Positions 1 through 12,880 of a DNA stretch of 64,000 nucleotides are shown in pieces. The stretch covers positions 15,936,001 to 16,000,000 of the forward strand of contig NC_087252.1 of NCBI RefSeq assembly GCF_037042905.1, in the 5' to 3' direction. This DNA is from Lytechinus pictus. Its lineage: Eukaryota. The notes beneath the pieces were generated by a model. The model searched no databases and was not told the origin of the DNA. It saw only the letters and a list, made by a program, of their open reading frames with translations. The position numbers and the translations under genes are program-made. How positions within the stretch are numbered: position 1 is the first letter of the stretch; the number at the start of each line of letters is the position of its first letter.

Positions 1-524
<524 letters not shown>

Positions 525-2803
525 TCAAGTATGTGTTCTAATATGATTTGTAAGATTGACCTTGGTAGAAAATCTCTTCTCACAATGAGAGCAACGATAA
601 GGTTTTTCTCCTGTGTGCGTTCTTATGTGACAACTAAGATTACTCTTTTGAGAAAATCCTTTCCCACAAAGAGAGCAACTATAGGGTTTTTCTCCAGTAT
701 GTGTTCTAATATGATTTGTAAGAGCGGTCTTGTGATTAAATCTCTTTTCACAATGAGAGCAATGATGAGGTTTTTCTCCAGTATGTTTTCTTATATGACT
801 TCTAAGAGTGGACTTGTCAGCAAACCTCTTCTCACAAAGAGAGCAAATATAGGGTTTTTCTCCTGTGTGTGTTCGTATATGATGGGTAAGATCAATCTTT
901 TTAACAAATCCCTTCTTACAATGAGTGCAAATATAGGGTTTTTCCCCTGTGTGTGTTCTTATATGATATGTAAGACTGACCTTGTTAGAAAATCTCTTGT
1001 CACAATGAGAGCAACGATAAGGTTTTTCTCCTGTGTGTGTTCTTATATGACGGGTAAGATGACTCTTTTTAGAAAATCTCTGACCACAATGAGAGCAAAT
1101 ATAGCGTTTTTCTCCTGTGTGTGTTCTTATATGACAGATAAGGTAACTTTCTTGAGAAAATCTCTGACCACAACGAGAGCAAATATAGGGTTTTTCTCCA
1201 GTGTGTGTTCTGATATGATTTGTAAGATAGGTCTTGGTAGAAAATCTCTTCTCACAATGAGAGCAATGATAAGGTTTTTCTCCTGTGTGTGTTCTTATAT
1301 GACAGGTAAGATCGCTCTTTTTAGAAAATCCTCTATCACAATGAGAGCAAATATAGGGTTTTTCTCCAGTGTGTGTTCTCATATGACTTGTAAGATTTGA
1401 CTTGGTAGAAAATCTCTTGTCACAATGAGAGCAATGATAAGGTTTGTCTCCGGTGTGTGTTCTTATATGATTTGTAAAAATGGACTTGTAAGAAAATCTC
1501 TTCTCACAATGAGGGCAAATATATGGTTTTTCTGCAGTGTGTGTTCTTATATGATAGGTGAGATCTCTCTTTTTAGAAAATCCTCTCTCACAATGAGAGC
1601 AAATATAGGGTTTTTCTCCAGTGTGTGTTCTGATATGATTTGTAAGAATGGACTTGTAAGAAAATCCTTTCTCACAATGAGTGCAAATATATGGTTTTTC
1701 TCCTGTGTGTGTTCTAATATGACGGGTAAGATCGCTTTTTTTTGCAAATCCCTTTTCACAGTGGGAGCAAATATACGGTTTTTCTCCAGTATGTGTTCTA
1801 ATATGATTTGTAAGAACGGTCTTGTGAGTAAATCTCTTTTCACAATGAGAGCAATGAAAAAGTTTTTCTCCAGAGTGTGTTTTTATATGATAGGAAAGAT
1901 GACTCTTGCTAGAAAATTCTTTCTCACAATAAGAGCATTGATAAGGTTTTTCTCCAGTATGTGTTCTAATATGATTTGTAAGAGCGGTCTTGTGATTAAA
2001 TCTCTTTTCACAATGAGAGCAATGATGAGGTTTTTCTCCAGTATGTTTTCTTATATGACTTCTAAGAGTGGACTTGTCAGTAAATCTTTTCTCACAATGA
2101 GAGCATTGATAAGGTTTTTCTCCTGTGTGTGTTCTTATATGACAAGAAAGATTACTCTTTTGAGAAAATCCTTTCCCACAATGAGAGCAAATATAGGGTT
2201 TTTCTCCAGTATGTGTTCTAATATGAGAGGTAAGTCTTACCTTTGTAGCAAACCTCTTCTCACAATGAGAGCAAATATAGGGTTTTTCTCCTGTGTGTGT
2301 TCGTACATGCTGGGTAAGATCAATCTTTTTAACAAATCCCTCCTCACAATGAGAGCAACGATAAGGTTTTTCACCTGTGTGTGTTCTTATATGACAGATA
2401 AGATAACTCTCTTGAGAAAATCTCTTACCACAATGAGAGCAAATATAGGGTTTTTCTCCTGTATGAGTTCTAATATGATTTGTAAGATCGCTCTTTTGAG
2501 AAAATCCCTTGTCACAATGAGAACTATAAGATTCTTCTCCAGTGTGTGTGCTCATATGGGTTATAAGATAATCCCTACATTCAAATTTCTTATGGCAATG
2601 GGGGCACTTGAAGCATCTGTCTCCAACCTCTGTCAAAATATGACTAGCAAACTCAACTTCCCTAGAGTGTGTTTTATGATGTAGAACTAAAGAATTCTCA
2701 TCTGGAAACGTCTTATTGCATTGTAAACACTGATGGGACTCATCTTCACTGCATTCCGTTATTGATGATTGTCTCATGTCCACTCCATCCAAAAGATCTT
2801 TAT
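525..2803 (-). CDS. Terminal coding exon of a multi-C2H2 (Kruppel-type) zinc-finger protein, 26 fingers (3rd lacks its first Cys)
   Basis: ORF 525..2831 has repeated CxxC-x12-HxxxH units with TGEKPY linkers. The ORF-track start is a TTG. A splice acceptor ttttttatcttccag|AT (exon starts 2803, phase 1) is more plausible. Confidence 0.93.
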
Positions 2804-4839
2804 CTGGAAGATAAAAAATCATCTTGTTCAAATCGTAAACACATTAAGACCAAAGTAAAACAGCTCTCATCTAAAGAATTTTTTTTTCTCCAATTTGTTG
2901 ATGGTGTGTTATCATGTCAACACTAAGACACAATGCATCTATCCTTTAAAGGACCTTTGAAAGATTGGCAAAAATTGGCAAGGTCTTAGAGCAGTCTTCA
3001 AGATAACTGAAATATGTCATTTTCTGTGGAATGGCTCAGAAAGACCCCTCAAAGAATTCTGAAAGACTGATGGATATTTCTTGTCTTTTTGGTCTTTGAC
3101 TAGTCCTATAGAGATCTTTGAACAGTCTTTAACCATAAATAGACTGGGCTATTTCGACGCCTAAGAAGACTGGGGGGGGGGGGGGGGTAGTCTGCAGGCA
3201 CAGACCCTGATTGGAATTTTGATCAACAAGTGTGCCTCCATGCAAAGACTAGCACAAACAAAACTTGCTATACCAATACATAGCGAGAGAGCCTTCAGTA
3301 CACAAGGCATGAGTAGGCTGCACATTCAGACCCTTATCTCGAGTGAAAGGTTTGCCCAGCCGCACAGTGGGCCAGAATGAGTTGAAAGTGCGCCAAAATT
3401 ATATTCCGTGTTATATTTTTACTTTAACATGTTTATTAAGGGTAATTTTGGGCGTAGAATCGACTGAACATAATTTAAAGCCAATATTACGTCACTTTGA
3501 TACCAAATTTTGATTGGCTACTTAAAATCTATCTGCGAAAAGACAAATTACGCTAAACAATGTGTTACTTTAAGATTGACCAGAGTGAACGGTGGTTTAT
3601 GCTTCTCATATGCCTAAAAAGTGCGTAAGAGATTCTGAAAATAATTTGATGGCATCAAAATGATCATTAGATAAAAAAATACTTAAAAATCTGAAAAATA
3701 TTAACCGTGCTCAGGGTGCTACATAACTTTTTTGAAGCACTTGCCCGATCGGGCAAGTGAATTCCTAAATAGTTGGAAAATACTTGCCCGAAAATATATT
3801 TCACTTGCCCGAAAAAAATATTTCAAAATGTTTTACTGCTTCAAAAGAAAGGTTTTAAATACCATTGCTTTTTTCTCTCATTTCAACATGAACTGGCCTG
3901 CGTACCTTGTATTTGTAATATTTGGGGTTTTTTTCAAAATGATTTTATCTTGCCTGCCATGACTGAAATTAGTGTCAATATGCCATTTTATTACTTTCCT
4001 CTATCCTATTTTTTCATGTACTTTTGTATATGACCAAGGCACAAAGTAAAAAAGGGAATCACTGAAAATAACTAAAGAAGGAAGAAAGAAGAAAGAACGA
4101 AAGAAAGAATGAAAGAAAGGAAGAAAGAAAAAGAGAGAGAAAAAGAAGAAAATGACAAAGGAAGAAAAAAGGAAAGGACGGGAGGGTGAACAAATGGGTG
4201 AAAGAAAGAATGAAGGAGAGAGAAAAAAGGAAAGAAAGGGGAATGAAGAAGAAAGAAGGAAAAGTGAAGTAAAGAAAATGAAAGAAACAAGAAAAAATGA
4301 AAAGAAAGAATAAAATGAGGATGAAAGAAAGAATAAAGGAAAGAAAAAATCCTTTATTCTTTTAGATAAAGAAAAAAACAAGAAAGGAAAACAAATCCTT
4401 TATTATTTTAGATATAGAAAAAAACAAGAAAGGAAAGAAAAAATCCCTTATCCTTTTATACTGTACAAAAAACAAGAAAGGAAAAGAAATGGAAGATTAC
4501 TTAATGTGTGAAAAAAGAAAAAAAAAGTTAAGAAAAAAAAGGAGGATGAAAGAATGAAGAAAAAAGGTTTCCTTCATTCCTTGGAAGAAAGAATTAAAAA
4601 AAACATGAAGGGAGGAAGGAAATAGAATTGAAGGAAAGAAATAAGAAGGGAAAAGAAAGAAGGAAAGAAGAAAATAAAGAATGAAATAAAGGAAAGAATG
4701 AAGGGAAGAGAGAAGGGGGAAAAAGAAAGAAAATACTGGAAGAAAAATTAGAAGGAAAGAGAGAACAAAAATAAAAAGGAAAGAAAGGATGAAGGAAATT
4801 AAAAAGAAGGAAATAAAAAAAGGAGAGTAAGAAAAAGAA

Positions 4840-6997
4840 GGATGAAAACAAAATCAAAACAGACGCAGATAATTTTTGCGTGAACTTTTTGGACTCAAAT
4901 CCTGGTAGTAAATCAGTCGAAGAGAATTGGTGCAACTTTAGAGACAAAATGCACGACCTTGTCAACCAACACGTACCGTCAAAAACAGTGTCAGGAAAAC
5001 CAAGAGTACCCTGGCTAACCCCCAAACTCCAGAAACTTTGCCGCAAGAAGGAGAGGTACTATTCAAAGGCAAAGCAACTCGGAGGACAAGATAGATGGGA
5101 CAAATACAAACAAATAAAAAGAGTAGTCAATAAAGAACTTAGAAAAGCCCAACGGACATTCATAGCAACTCTTTCAGAAGCCGGTAATAAACAGTTCTGG
5201 AAATATATCAAAACCAGGCGAAAGGACAACGTAGGGATCCAGAGCCTTAAGAAGGGAAACGACATCATTACTGATGACAAAGGGAAAGCAGACGCACTGG
5301 CCGAACAGTTCCAGAGCGTCTTCTCCAGGGACGAAACCCAAATCCCCAACCTTCCAACAAGAAACATCCCTGATATGCCAGATATCAACATCACAGTTAG
5401 TGGCATCCTCAAGCTATTGAACAAGTTAGATGTCTCAAAGGCCGCAGGACCAGATAGCATACCAAACCGTATTCTTAAACTTACAGCTGAAGAAATAGCC
5501 CCCGTCCTTCAATTCATATTTAAACAGTCATACGACCAAGGGATCCTTCCCGAGGATTGGCGTAAAGCGAACATCGCTGCTATCTACAAGAAGGGTCCTA
5601 AAAATGATCCAGCTAATTATCGCCCTATATCCTTGACCAGTGTATGCTGCAAACTTATGGAACATATAGTAGACAGCCATCTAATGACACACCTTACTTC
5701 AAACTCAATCCTTTCTGACTACCAGCATGCCTTCAGACGGGGTAGATCATGTGACACACAATTAGTTGCCACAATCCATGATCTTGCTACTCATCACAAC
5801 AACAAGGAGACATGTGACATCGCAATACTCGACTTTAGTAAAGCATTCGATGTCGTCCCCCACAAGAAATTGTTGCAGAAACTTCAATTGTATGGCATCC
5901 GTAGCAAGACCCTTGAGTGGATAAGATCCTTCCTGACCCAGAGATATCAAAGAACAGTAGTGAATGGTAAAACATCAAAGTGGTTACCAGTCCTAAGCGG
6001 TATTCCGCAGGGAACAGTCCTCGGGCCCCACCTCTTCATCTTATATATAAACGACCTCTCAGAAGCAGTTCACAGCACGGCAAGACTGTTCGCAGATGAC
6101 TGCATACTCTACCGAGCAATATCCAACCCCTCTGATGAAGAATCACTACAAAAAGACTTGGATAATTTGGTCACATGGGGAAACACATGGGGGATGAAAT
6201 TCAACGCTTCCAAATGCACTGTCATGAGGATCTCCAGAAAGCGAGTACCAGGACATACCAATTACTTACTCCTTGGTCAACAACTTCAGGAAGTAAATAG
6301 CCATCAATACCTAGGAATACATATAGAAAACAGCCTAAAATGGGATAAGCAGTCACAACAGGCAACCGCCAAAGGTACGAGGGCGTTAAACTTCATCAGA
6401 AGGAACTTCTATCACTGCTCTAAAACAGTGAAGGAACGTTTATACCATTCACTTGTTAGACCCCACCTAGAATACGCTTCGATAGCATGGCACCCAGGCA
6501 CAGTCAAGAACACCAAATTGCTGGAAATGGTTCAGAGACGAGCCGCCCGGTTCGTCACAGGAAACTACACACGGGGATCCAGTGTTACTAACATAATGAC
6601 AACACTTGGCTGGATGTCTCTCGAAGAAAGGAGGCGAAATCACCGAATCATCAACTTATATAAGATCATCCATGGAGAAACTCAACTTGACTTAAATAAA
6701 TATGCCACAAGAAAAATAACAAGACTAAGAAGATCCCATGATGAACTGTATGACGTCACTTCAAAGTTCATCACAACTACTCAACTGGCTAATTCCTTCT
6801 TCCCTGAAGCAATCTCCCACTGGAATAACCTCACAGCTGATATGGTATCCTCCAAAAGCACTGACATACTTAAAGCAAAACTAAACATGCAAAACCTGCA
6901 ACAAAACAAAACAGAGTAATAATACTCCCACTCTCGTCAGCCCTGAGTTACCCTTCCTGGTGGAGGACTTCAGGGATTGAAACTACAAGGTACAAGG
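4840..6997 (+). mobile_element. 5'-truncated non-LTR retrotransposon (CR1/L2 group)
   Basis: ORF2 fragment, short 3' UTR and tandem tail (tacaagg)2; no endonuclease domain; no clear TSD. Confidence 0.9.
4880..6919 (+). CDS. LINE ORF2 reverse transcriptase (N-terminally truncated)
   Basis: Motifs NYRPISLTS, QHAFRRGRSC, LDFSKAFD, GIPQGTVLGP, LFADD, YLGI, RPHLEYAS, SFFP..I..WN.L; no stops over 679 codons. Confidence 0.92.
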   Translation: MNFLDSNPGSKSVEENWCNFRDKMHDLVNQHVPSKTVSGKPRVPWLTPKLQKLCRKKERYYSKAKQLGGQDRWDKYKQIKRVVNKELRKAQRTFIATLSEAGNKQFWKYIKTRRKDNVGIQSLKKGNDIITDDKGKADALAEQFQSVFSRDETQIPNLPTRNIPDMPDINITVSGILKLLNKLDVSKAAGPDSIPNRILKLTAEEIAPVLQFIFKQSYDQGILPEDWRKANIAAIYKKGPKNDPANYRPISLTSVCCKLMEHIVDSHLMTHLTSNSILSDYQHAFRRGRSCDTQLVATIHDLATHHNNKETCDIAILDFSKAFDVVPHKKLLQKLQLYGIRSKTLEWIRSFLTQRYQRTVVNGKTSKWLPVLSGIPQGTVLGPHLFILYINDLSEAVHSTARLFADDCILYRAISNPSDEESLQKDLDNLVTWGNTWGMKFNASKCTVMRISRKRVPGHTNYLLLGQQLQEVNSHQYLGIHIENSLKWDKQSQQATAKGTRALNFIRRNFYHCSKTVKERLYHSLVRPHLEYASIAWHPGTVKNTKLLEMVQRRAARFVTGNYTRGSSVTNIMTTLGWMSLEERRRNHRIINLYKIIHGETQLDLNKYATRKITRLRRSHDELYDVTSKFITTTQLANSFFPEAISHWNNLTADMVSSKSTDILKAKLNMQNLQQNKTE

Positions 6998-9899
6998 AAA
7001 GAAAAACCAATGAGGGGCATTAGAACAAAAGAATGAAGAAAACAAATGGACACAGACTTAAAGAAAGGAAGGAAAGCTAGGAAATTATAGGAAATAAAGA
7101 TAGATGGAATAAAAAAGGAGTTCAGGAAGGATAGAAGAAAGAAGAAATGGAAAGAAAAAAAATCAGAGAAAAATCAGGAAGGAAAGAATAAGGGAAAAGA
7201 AAATTAAAAAAAATGAAGCGAAGAGAGAATGGAAGAAACATAAGAATGGAAGAAGGAATGACAGAAAGAAAGAACAAAAAGAGGGAGGGAGCAAAGAATA
7301 TTTTCAGGAAAGAAAGAAGAAAGGAAATAAAGAAGGAAATTAAGAAAAGGAAAGAAAGAAAAATGAACAGAGAGAGAGAGAGAAAGGATCAGGAAAAAAA
7401 GCTAGGAAAGAGTGAAAATGAAGAAAGATGGAACAAAAAAGGCCAGCAGGAAGGTTTGAAGAAAGGATAGAAAAGAAAAAGGACAGAAAGGAAGTAAAGA
7501 GGAAGAAAGTTCAGATCAAACAAAAAAATCCAATCATCTATTTAACAAATATCTTACTGATATTTGGTTTTTTTTTCAATATATCTTAAAAATTGTTAGA
7601 AAATTAAATGTTTTAGAATAAATAATAATATTTCAAAGCAAGGCAATGTCCAGGCCTGCAATGTCAAACTAAAAAAATTAGATGAATCATCAAGGCATCA
7701 CACACACGCAGCTACAAGTTTGCACTAATCACAAGACTTAAAATGAAAGCTAAAACAACTAGTTATGAAAACTCGATTACTTGCTCCTCCGATCACATCA
7801 CCAAATCAGTAATCTGAAAATCCATATATCTAATTATTTAAAAAATCCTGCCGATTTGTAATTATTTTGGTGGAAAAACTATTTTTCATGTGAGATTGTT
7901 CACTCTGATTGATCGGGGATGTACAGGTCCGGAGTGCAGGTGTGTACGGCCTGCCTTCATGCCTGCCACACACAGGAGGAAGGCCTGGCCACGTGCACCA
8001 GCTAGTACATGTTTCTATGCTGACTTTGTGTGTGTGTGTCTTTGTGTGTAGATCTAAGAATAAAGCGCAAATCAGCTTGCAATATGAATTGAGGGAAGTT
8101 GTTAACTTTGTTTTTTCTCTATCTTTTCTGTATTTTTTCTTGTGAAATATGGGAAAACTTTGTAAAATTTCATTTCACAGTGAGAATTTTGCTTGCCCGA
8201 TTCGGGCAAGCAGTTTTTGTTTTTACTTCAAAACACTTGTCCGACTCTAACTTTTACTTGCCCCGGGCAATCGGGCAAGCGCTTATGTCGCACCCTGCCG
8301 GTGCTTTATCAAGCGGCGTAGACTTGGGTAAAACGCAGAGTATATAACACCACGAATGAATTACTATGAGGAGGGTTTTGGGCTGAACTTATTCTACAAG
8401 TAACTTTTATCTCTGGAAGAGGGGCGGGTAGCCCTAATATGCGTTATCAACCTTTATTTTGAAGCCTGGAATTCATGTAATTTTCAAGGAATGGAAGGGG
8501 AATCGTCCTCGCCGTGCAAAAATGAACGGAAATGTATACACCCCACACGGTGCGCAGCGATGACTGCGCGGTATGAAAATGACCGTTTTTTAACAGGTTT
8601 TGGGGGTGTTGTGTCAAGTAAAATCGGCTGTAACATGAAAACGGGCAAAAACGGGCAGCTAAATTTGGTATCATCTTAAAGCTTAAACATCTAGCAAAAT
8701 GATGATGATAGAATTTAAACGGAAATCCACGGAAATCTAAACTTTTCTAATGTAAATTAAAAAAAAACATGGATTATAAGCCTATTACAAGGAATAATTA
8801 TCCTATAAACCTTCTGAAATGTGTCTTTTATCTAATTTAAACCCTTTCACACGAAAAAAGAATATATCAGGATTATGTGGGTGCCATTTCAGATTCCTAC
8901 ATGAAAAACCTCCTGTGAAATGGCTTGTTTTTCAACTAAGTAGTCATATACGCGGCATTTCGCAAAATGTCACATTTTAAGATTTGAGGTAGGAAATTAA
9001 CAACCTTTATGCAAATTCCCGAATGAAATATTTTGCTGAAGTATTCTTCAAAGTGTTGTCTTTCAGCTAGGCATGACAAAAATTAAAAATCTGAAATTGT
9101 CCAAAAAGACTTTTGGCGCACTTTTGCGTCGCCCCGGCCCACTGTGATCCGTCGACCGGGCGATTGCGACGAAAATTGGTATTTAGCCAAAATTGTGTAT
9201 TTAGCCAAAATTCATAAAATGTATCATTATTTCTACTTTTACTGATTAAACTTAATACATTTTGCTTTGTTTATGATCAGAATTAAGTCGGGAACGATTT
9301 CCATTGAAAAAAACAATAAAAAGCAAAAAGTAAAAAACAAACAAATACATAAGAAATTCATAAAACATTAAAATACATGAGAAATTTTATTTCCAATCCG
9401 AAGTTTTTAGGTGGTCTGTCTATGACAGATCACCTATTGATTTCGCTAGAATTTTCTTTCTTTATTCTTTATTAGGTGGTCTGTCAACGACAGATCACCT
9501 ATTGATTTCGCCAGAATTTTCTTTCTTTATTCTTTATTTATTTTTATTTCTTCCGTACACTTTTTTGTACACACGTTCACTCGAAATCGACATGGTCAAT
9601 TTCCTTCAAATTTCTGTCAGTCATCAAGCCCTATGATTTCAAGTTAAATCAACTTTTTCAAGGTCATTAGGTCATTGTGACGTAATCCAGGCGCCATTTT
9701 GTAAAAATCAGGTCATTATCATATCTCGATAACGAGTCATCAAAAATCAACTATATTTGGTATACATCAACTTCAGGTCAACGGTCAACTAAAAATGTCA
9801 TCAAATTCCGCGCGCGCACCTCGACGCGCACGTACGCGCGCATTAAAATTTTAAAATGCTCAAATTCGTTCCAAATTAATTTTGAAAGTCAAAAAGGGG

Positions 9900-9938
9900 G
9901 CCTAAGCTTTCGATCCTAGCAGAATCTTCGTCGGAGGC
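9900..9938 (-). ncRNA. Minimal hammerhead-ribozyme-like motif (mirror copy)
   Basis: Exact reverse complement of 11140-11178. Confidence 0.55.
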
Positions 9939-10521
9939 AAAATGACAAACATATAAAGTGGAACAACCATAATATAGACCACAAACAAGCTACAGCAACA
10001 CTAGAAACAAGGAGACAAAAGGGGCATTAGTGAGTAGAGAAGACCAATCAGGTTAGTGAAGGGGATGAAAGAAAAGGAGTAGGCAGACACAAAGGGAAGT
10101 TAGTGTGAGTAAGGCCAGTAAAAGACCTCAAGCCAAGAGGGATTAAAATAATGAGGCAGGCAACATCAAACAGGATCTGGAACAAAACAGTGATAATGGG
10201 ATGAAAAACAAAAGAATTAGTGAGAGGTGGGTCAAACAGGTTACAAAGAAAGGCTTAATAAACTGGTGCATAAGAGTGGGGGAAAAAGAAGAAGAATGGG
10301 GAACAACTGATAATGTGCAAAAGACATATAAGTATATATGATAAAGCATTAAACAAACTAAGAGAAGAAGGTAAGTGTAAATATGTATCTATAAGTGATA
10401 TGTATATAAATATATCCAAAAAAGAAATGTATATGAAAAAATAAATAAATACACATATGGTGTAACTGATATTGTAATCCGCTAGGTGTGACGGGAAAAA
10501 AACATAAGACTATATAGTAGG

Positions 10522-10561
<40 letters not shown>

Positions 10562-11139
10562 ACTATATAGTCTTATGTTTTTTTCCCGTCACACCTAGCG
10601 GATTACAATATCAGTTACACCATATGTGTATTTATTTATTTTTTCATATACATTTCTTTTTTGGATATATTTATATACATATCACTTATAGATACATATT
10701 TACACTTACCTTCTTCTCTTAGTTTGTTTAATGCTTTATCATATATACTTATTTGTCTTTTGCACATTATCAGTTGTTCCCCATTCTTCTTTTTTCCCCC
10801 ACTCTTATGCACCAGTTTATTAAGCCTTTCTTTGTAACCTGTTTGACCCACCTCTCACTAATTCTTTTGTTTTTCATCCCATTATCACTGTCTTGTTCCA
10901 GATCCTGTTTGATGTTGCCTGCCTCATTATTTTAATCCCTCTTGGCTTGAGGTCTTTTACTGGCCTTACTCACACTAACTTCCCTTTGTGTCTGCCTACT
11001 CCTTTTCTTTCATCCCCTTCACTAACCTGATTGGTCTTCTCTACTCACTAATGCCCCTTTTGTCTCCTTGTTTCTAGTGTTGCTGTAGCTTGTTTGTGGT
11101 CTATATTATGGTTGTTCCACTTTATATGTTTGTCATTTT

Positions 11140-11178
11140 GCCTCCGACGAAGATTCTGCTAGGATCGAAAGCTTAGGC
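11140..11178 (+). ncRNA. Minimal hammerhead-ribozyme-like motif
   Basis: GCCU-CCGACGA-A-GAUUCU(GCU)AGGAUC-GAAA-GC-UU-AGGC: stem I, core with U4C variant, stem II, palindromic AAGCUU stem III. Confidence 0.55.
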
Positions 11179-12813
11179 CCCCTTTTTGACTTTCTAATTT
11201 ACTCCATTGGCTCTCTTTTATTAGATAAGCAGTTTTTCAGCAGCTTCTTTTTGCCAAATTAATTTTCCATACGTTTCAAGCCATTTTAAGCATTTTGCAA
11301 AAAAACGCGCGCACGCACATGCGCGCGCGTTTTCGCGCGTAATTGCATCTTCCAACATAGAATCGCCAATTTTTTTTATATCAATGCACCGATAATATAA
11401 TTCTGAACAATTTGATACCTTGATGAACCTTATAATAACGAAATTATCACCCGTTAAACTTTGCAGCACGTGTGCGCGCGAGCTCTCACTACAGGCCATA
11501 TATGGGCAAAAACATGTCTATTGAAAATTTACTGTAGCTCTTTAAAAAGTCCGTTGACCCCAATTTTTTTTTCATATATCGATAGAGTATGAGTTGTAGA
11601 TTTGATTTCATGTCACCATTGTCCCTCAATTTGATCATGACGTCATCAAAATTTGGCCTAAACTGAAAATTTCATTTTTTCAAAAGCCCTATGATTTCAA
11701 GTAAAATCAACTTTTTCAAGGTCATCAGGTCATCGTGACGTCATCCAGGCGCCATTTTGTGAAATCACATTATCAATCATATCTCCATTATCAATTATCA
11801 AAAATCAATCAAATTCATATCACATTAACTTCAGGTCATGGGTCAACAGGTCATGTCATCAAAGGTCACCTGGAGGTCACGACGCGCGCGTTAAAATTTT
11901 ATATTGCTCAAGATCACTTTTTGACCAAAGTAAAGTACGTTTCAGGTCATTTTAAGCATTTCAAAAATTTGCGCTCGCACACGTATGCGCGCGCGTTTCC
12001 GCGCGTAACGCCTCCAACGCAACGCAGAAACACGTTTTTCTTATATCATTGCATTGATAATATAATTATGAGCAATTTGATACCTTGATCAACCTTCTAC
12101 GACCATTAATAACGAAATTAACACCCGTTGAAGTTTGCTGCACGTGTGCGCGCGAGCTCTCACTATAGGCCATATATGGGCAAAAACATGCCTATTGAAA
12201 ATTCACTGTAGCTCTTTAAATAGTCCGTTGACCCCCATTTTTTTTTCATATGTCGATAGAATATGAGTTGTAGATTTGATTTCATGTCACCATTGTCCCT
12301 CAATTTGATCATGACGTCATCAAAATTGCGCCTAAACTGAAAATTTCATTTTTTCAAAAATGACGTCATCAAATTTATGCAAATTTGATCATAACTCCGT
12401 GAATATTGATCATTTTTCGCCCAGATTTCGATATGTTGTAGTTTAGAATGTATTCTTTCTCGTCAGTTAATCATGAATTTTCATTTTGAAAAACGCATCA
12501 TGGTGTAAAATTGCGATGAAAAGAGGCATGTCATTTTTCCTCATTTTACGTGTAATCTCTATGGGACATGACTTTTTCTCAAAACTAGATTCTACATTCC
12601 TCTATTTCGTGAGCTATATCTCCATTTTTTCTTGTTAGTTATCCCTGAGCTTTTGGTATGATGTAGCTGAGATTCTAAGCTTTCGGAAGTGTGCCCTCCA
12701 TTTTTCGATCAGATGCCAGGATCATGCCCGTTTTTTGCTTGCAAAATTGGATTTGTAATTCTCAAATTTGCTTACGTGTAATCTCTATGGGAACGTGTAA
12801 TCTCTATGGGGAA

Positions 12814-12880
12814 TATCGTGGCTCAATGGATAACGCACTTGACTTGAGTTCTCGGGGGCGCAGGTTCGAGTCCTGGGGGT
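12814..12880 (+). other. tRNA-derived segment (Pol III A/B boxes) inside the HINE
   Basis: A box TGGCTCAATGG 12819-12829, B box GGTTCGAGTCC 12863-12873; no convincing acceptor stem. Confidence 0.6.

Larger units (their letters stand above)
4050..7510 (+). repeat. Purine (GA)-rich low-complexity tract, split by the LINE
   Basis: (GAAA/GGAA)-like sequence at about 4050-4840 and 6998-7510. Confidence 0.85.
3712..8297. mobile_element. hAT-like non-autonomous element nested in the Transib-like element
   Basis: TIR cagggtgctacataa / ttatgtcgcaccctg; subterminal acttgcccg repeats; 8-bp flanks accgtgct / ccggtgct (6/8). Confidence 0.7.
3363..9146. mobile_element. Transib-like non-autonomous DNA transposon
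   Basis: TIRs CACAGTGGGCC-n-AAAGTGCGCCAAAA at both ends; 5-bp flanks agccg / atccg (4/5 TSD). Confidence 0.75.
9884..11194. mobile_element. Near-perfect inverted repeat (637/635-bp arms around gA38), putative Penelope-like pLTR pair
   Basis: Arms 9884-10520 and 10560-11194 are about 99% identical, with flanking taattt duplication. Each outer end has a minimal hammerhead-like motif. Confidence 0.7.

Noticed and set aside
525..527. TGA as selenocysteine or programmed readthrough
   Set aside because: It replaces a linker Gly, the downstream fingers are frameshifted, and no SECIS is evident
4880..6919. Domesticated or prokaryotic-type RT system (retron/DGR)
   Set aside because: Motifs, C-terminus, 3' tail and 5' truncation are those of an ordinary non-LTR retrotransposon copy
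4001..7470. F/S/L-rich and K/E/R-rich ORFs (4001..4381, 4594..5046, 7213..7470)
   Set aside because: Translations of the GA-rich low-complexity tract
10585..10625. VTPSGL-like peptide as a Penelope ORF remnant in the palindrome arm
   Set aside because: Too short to distinguish from chance without a search
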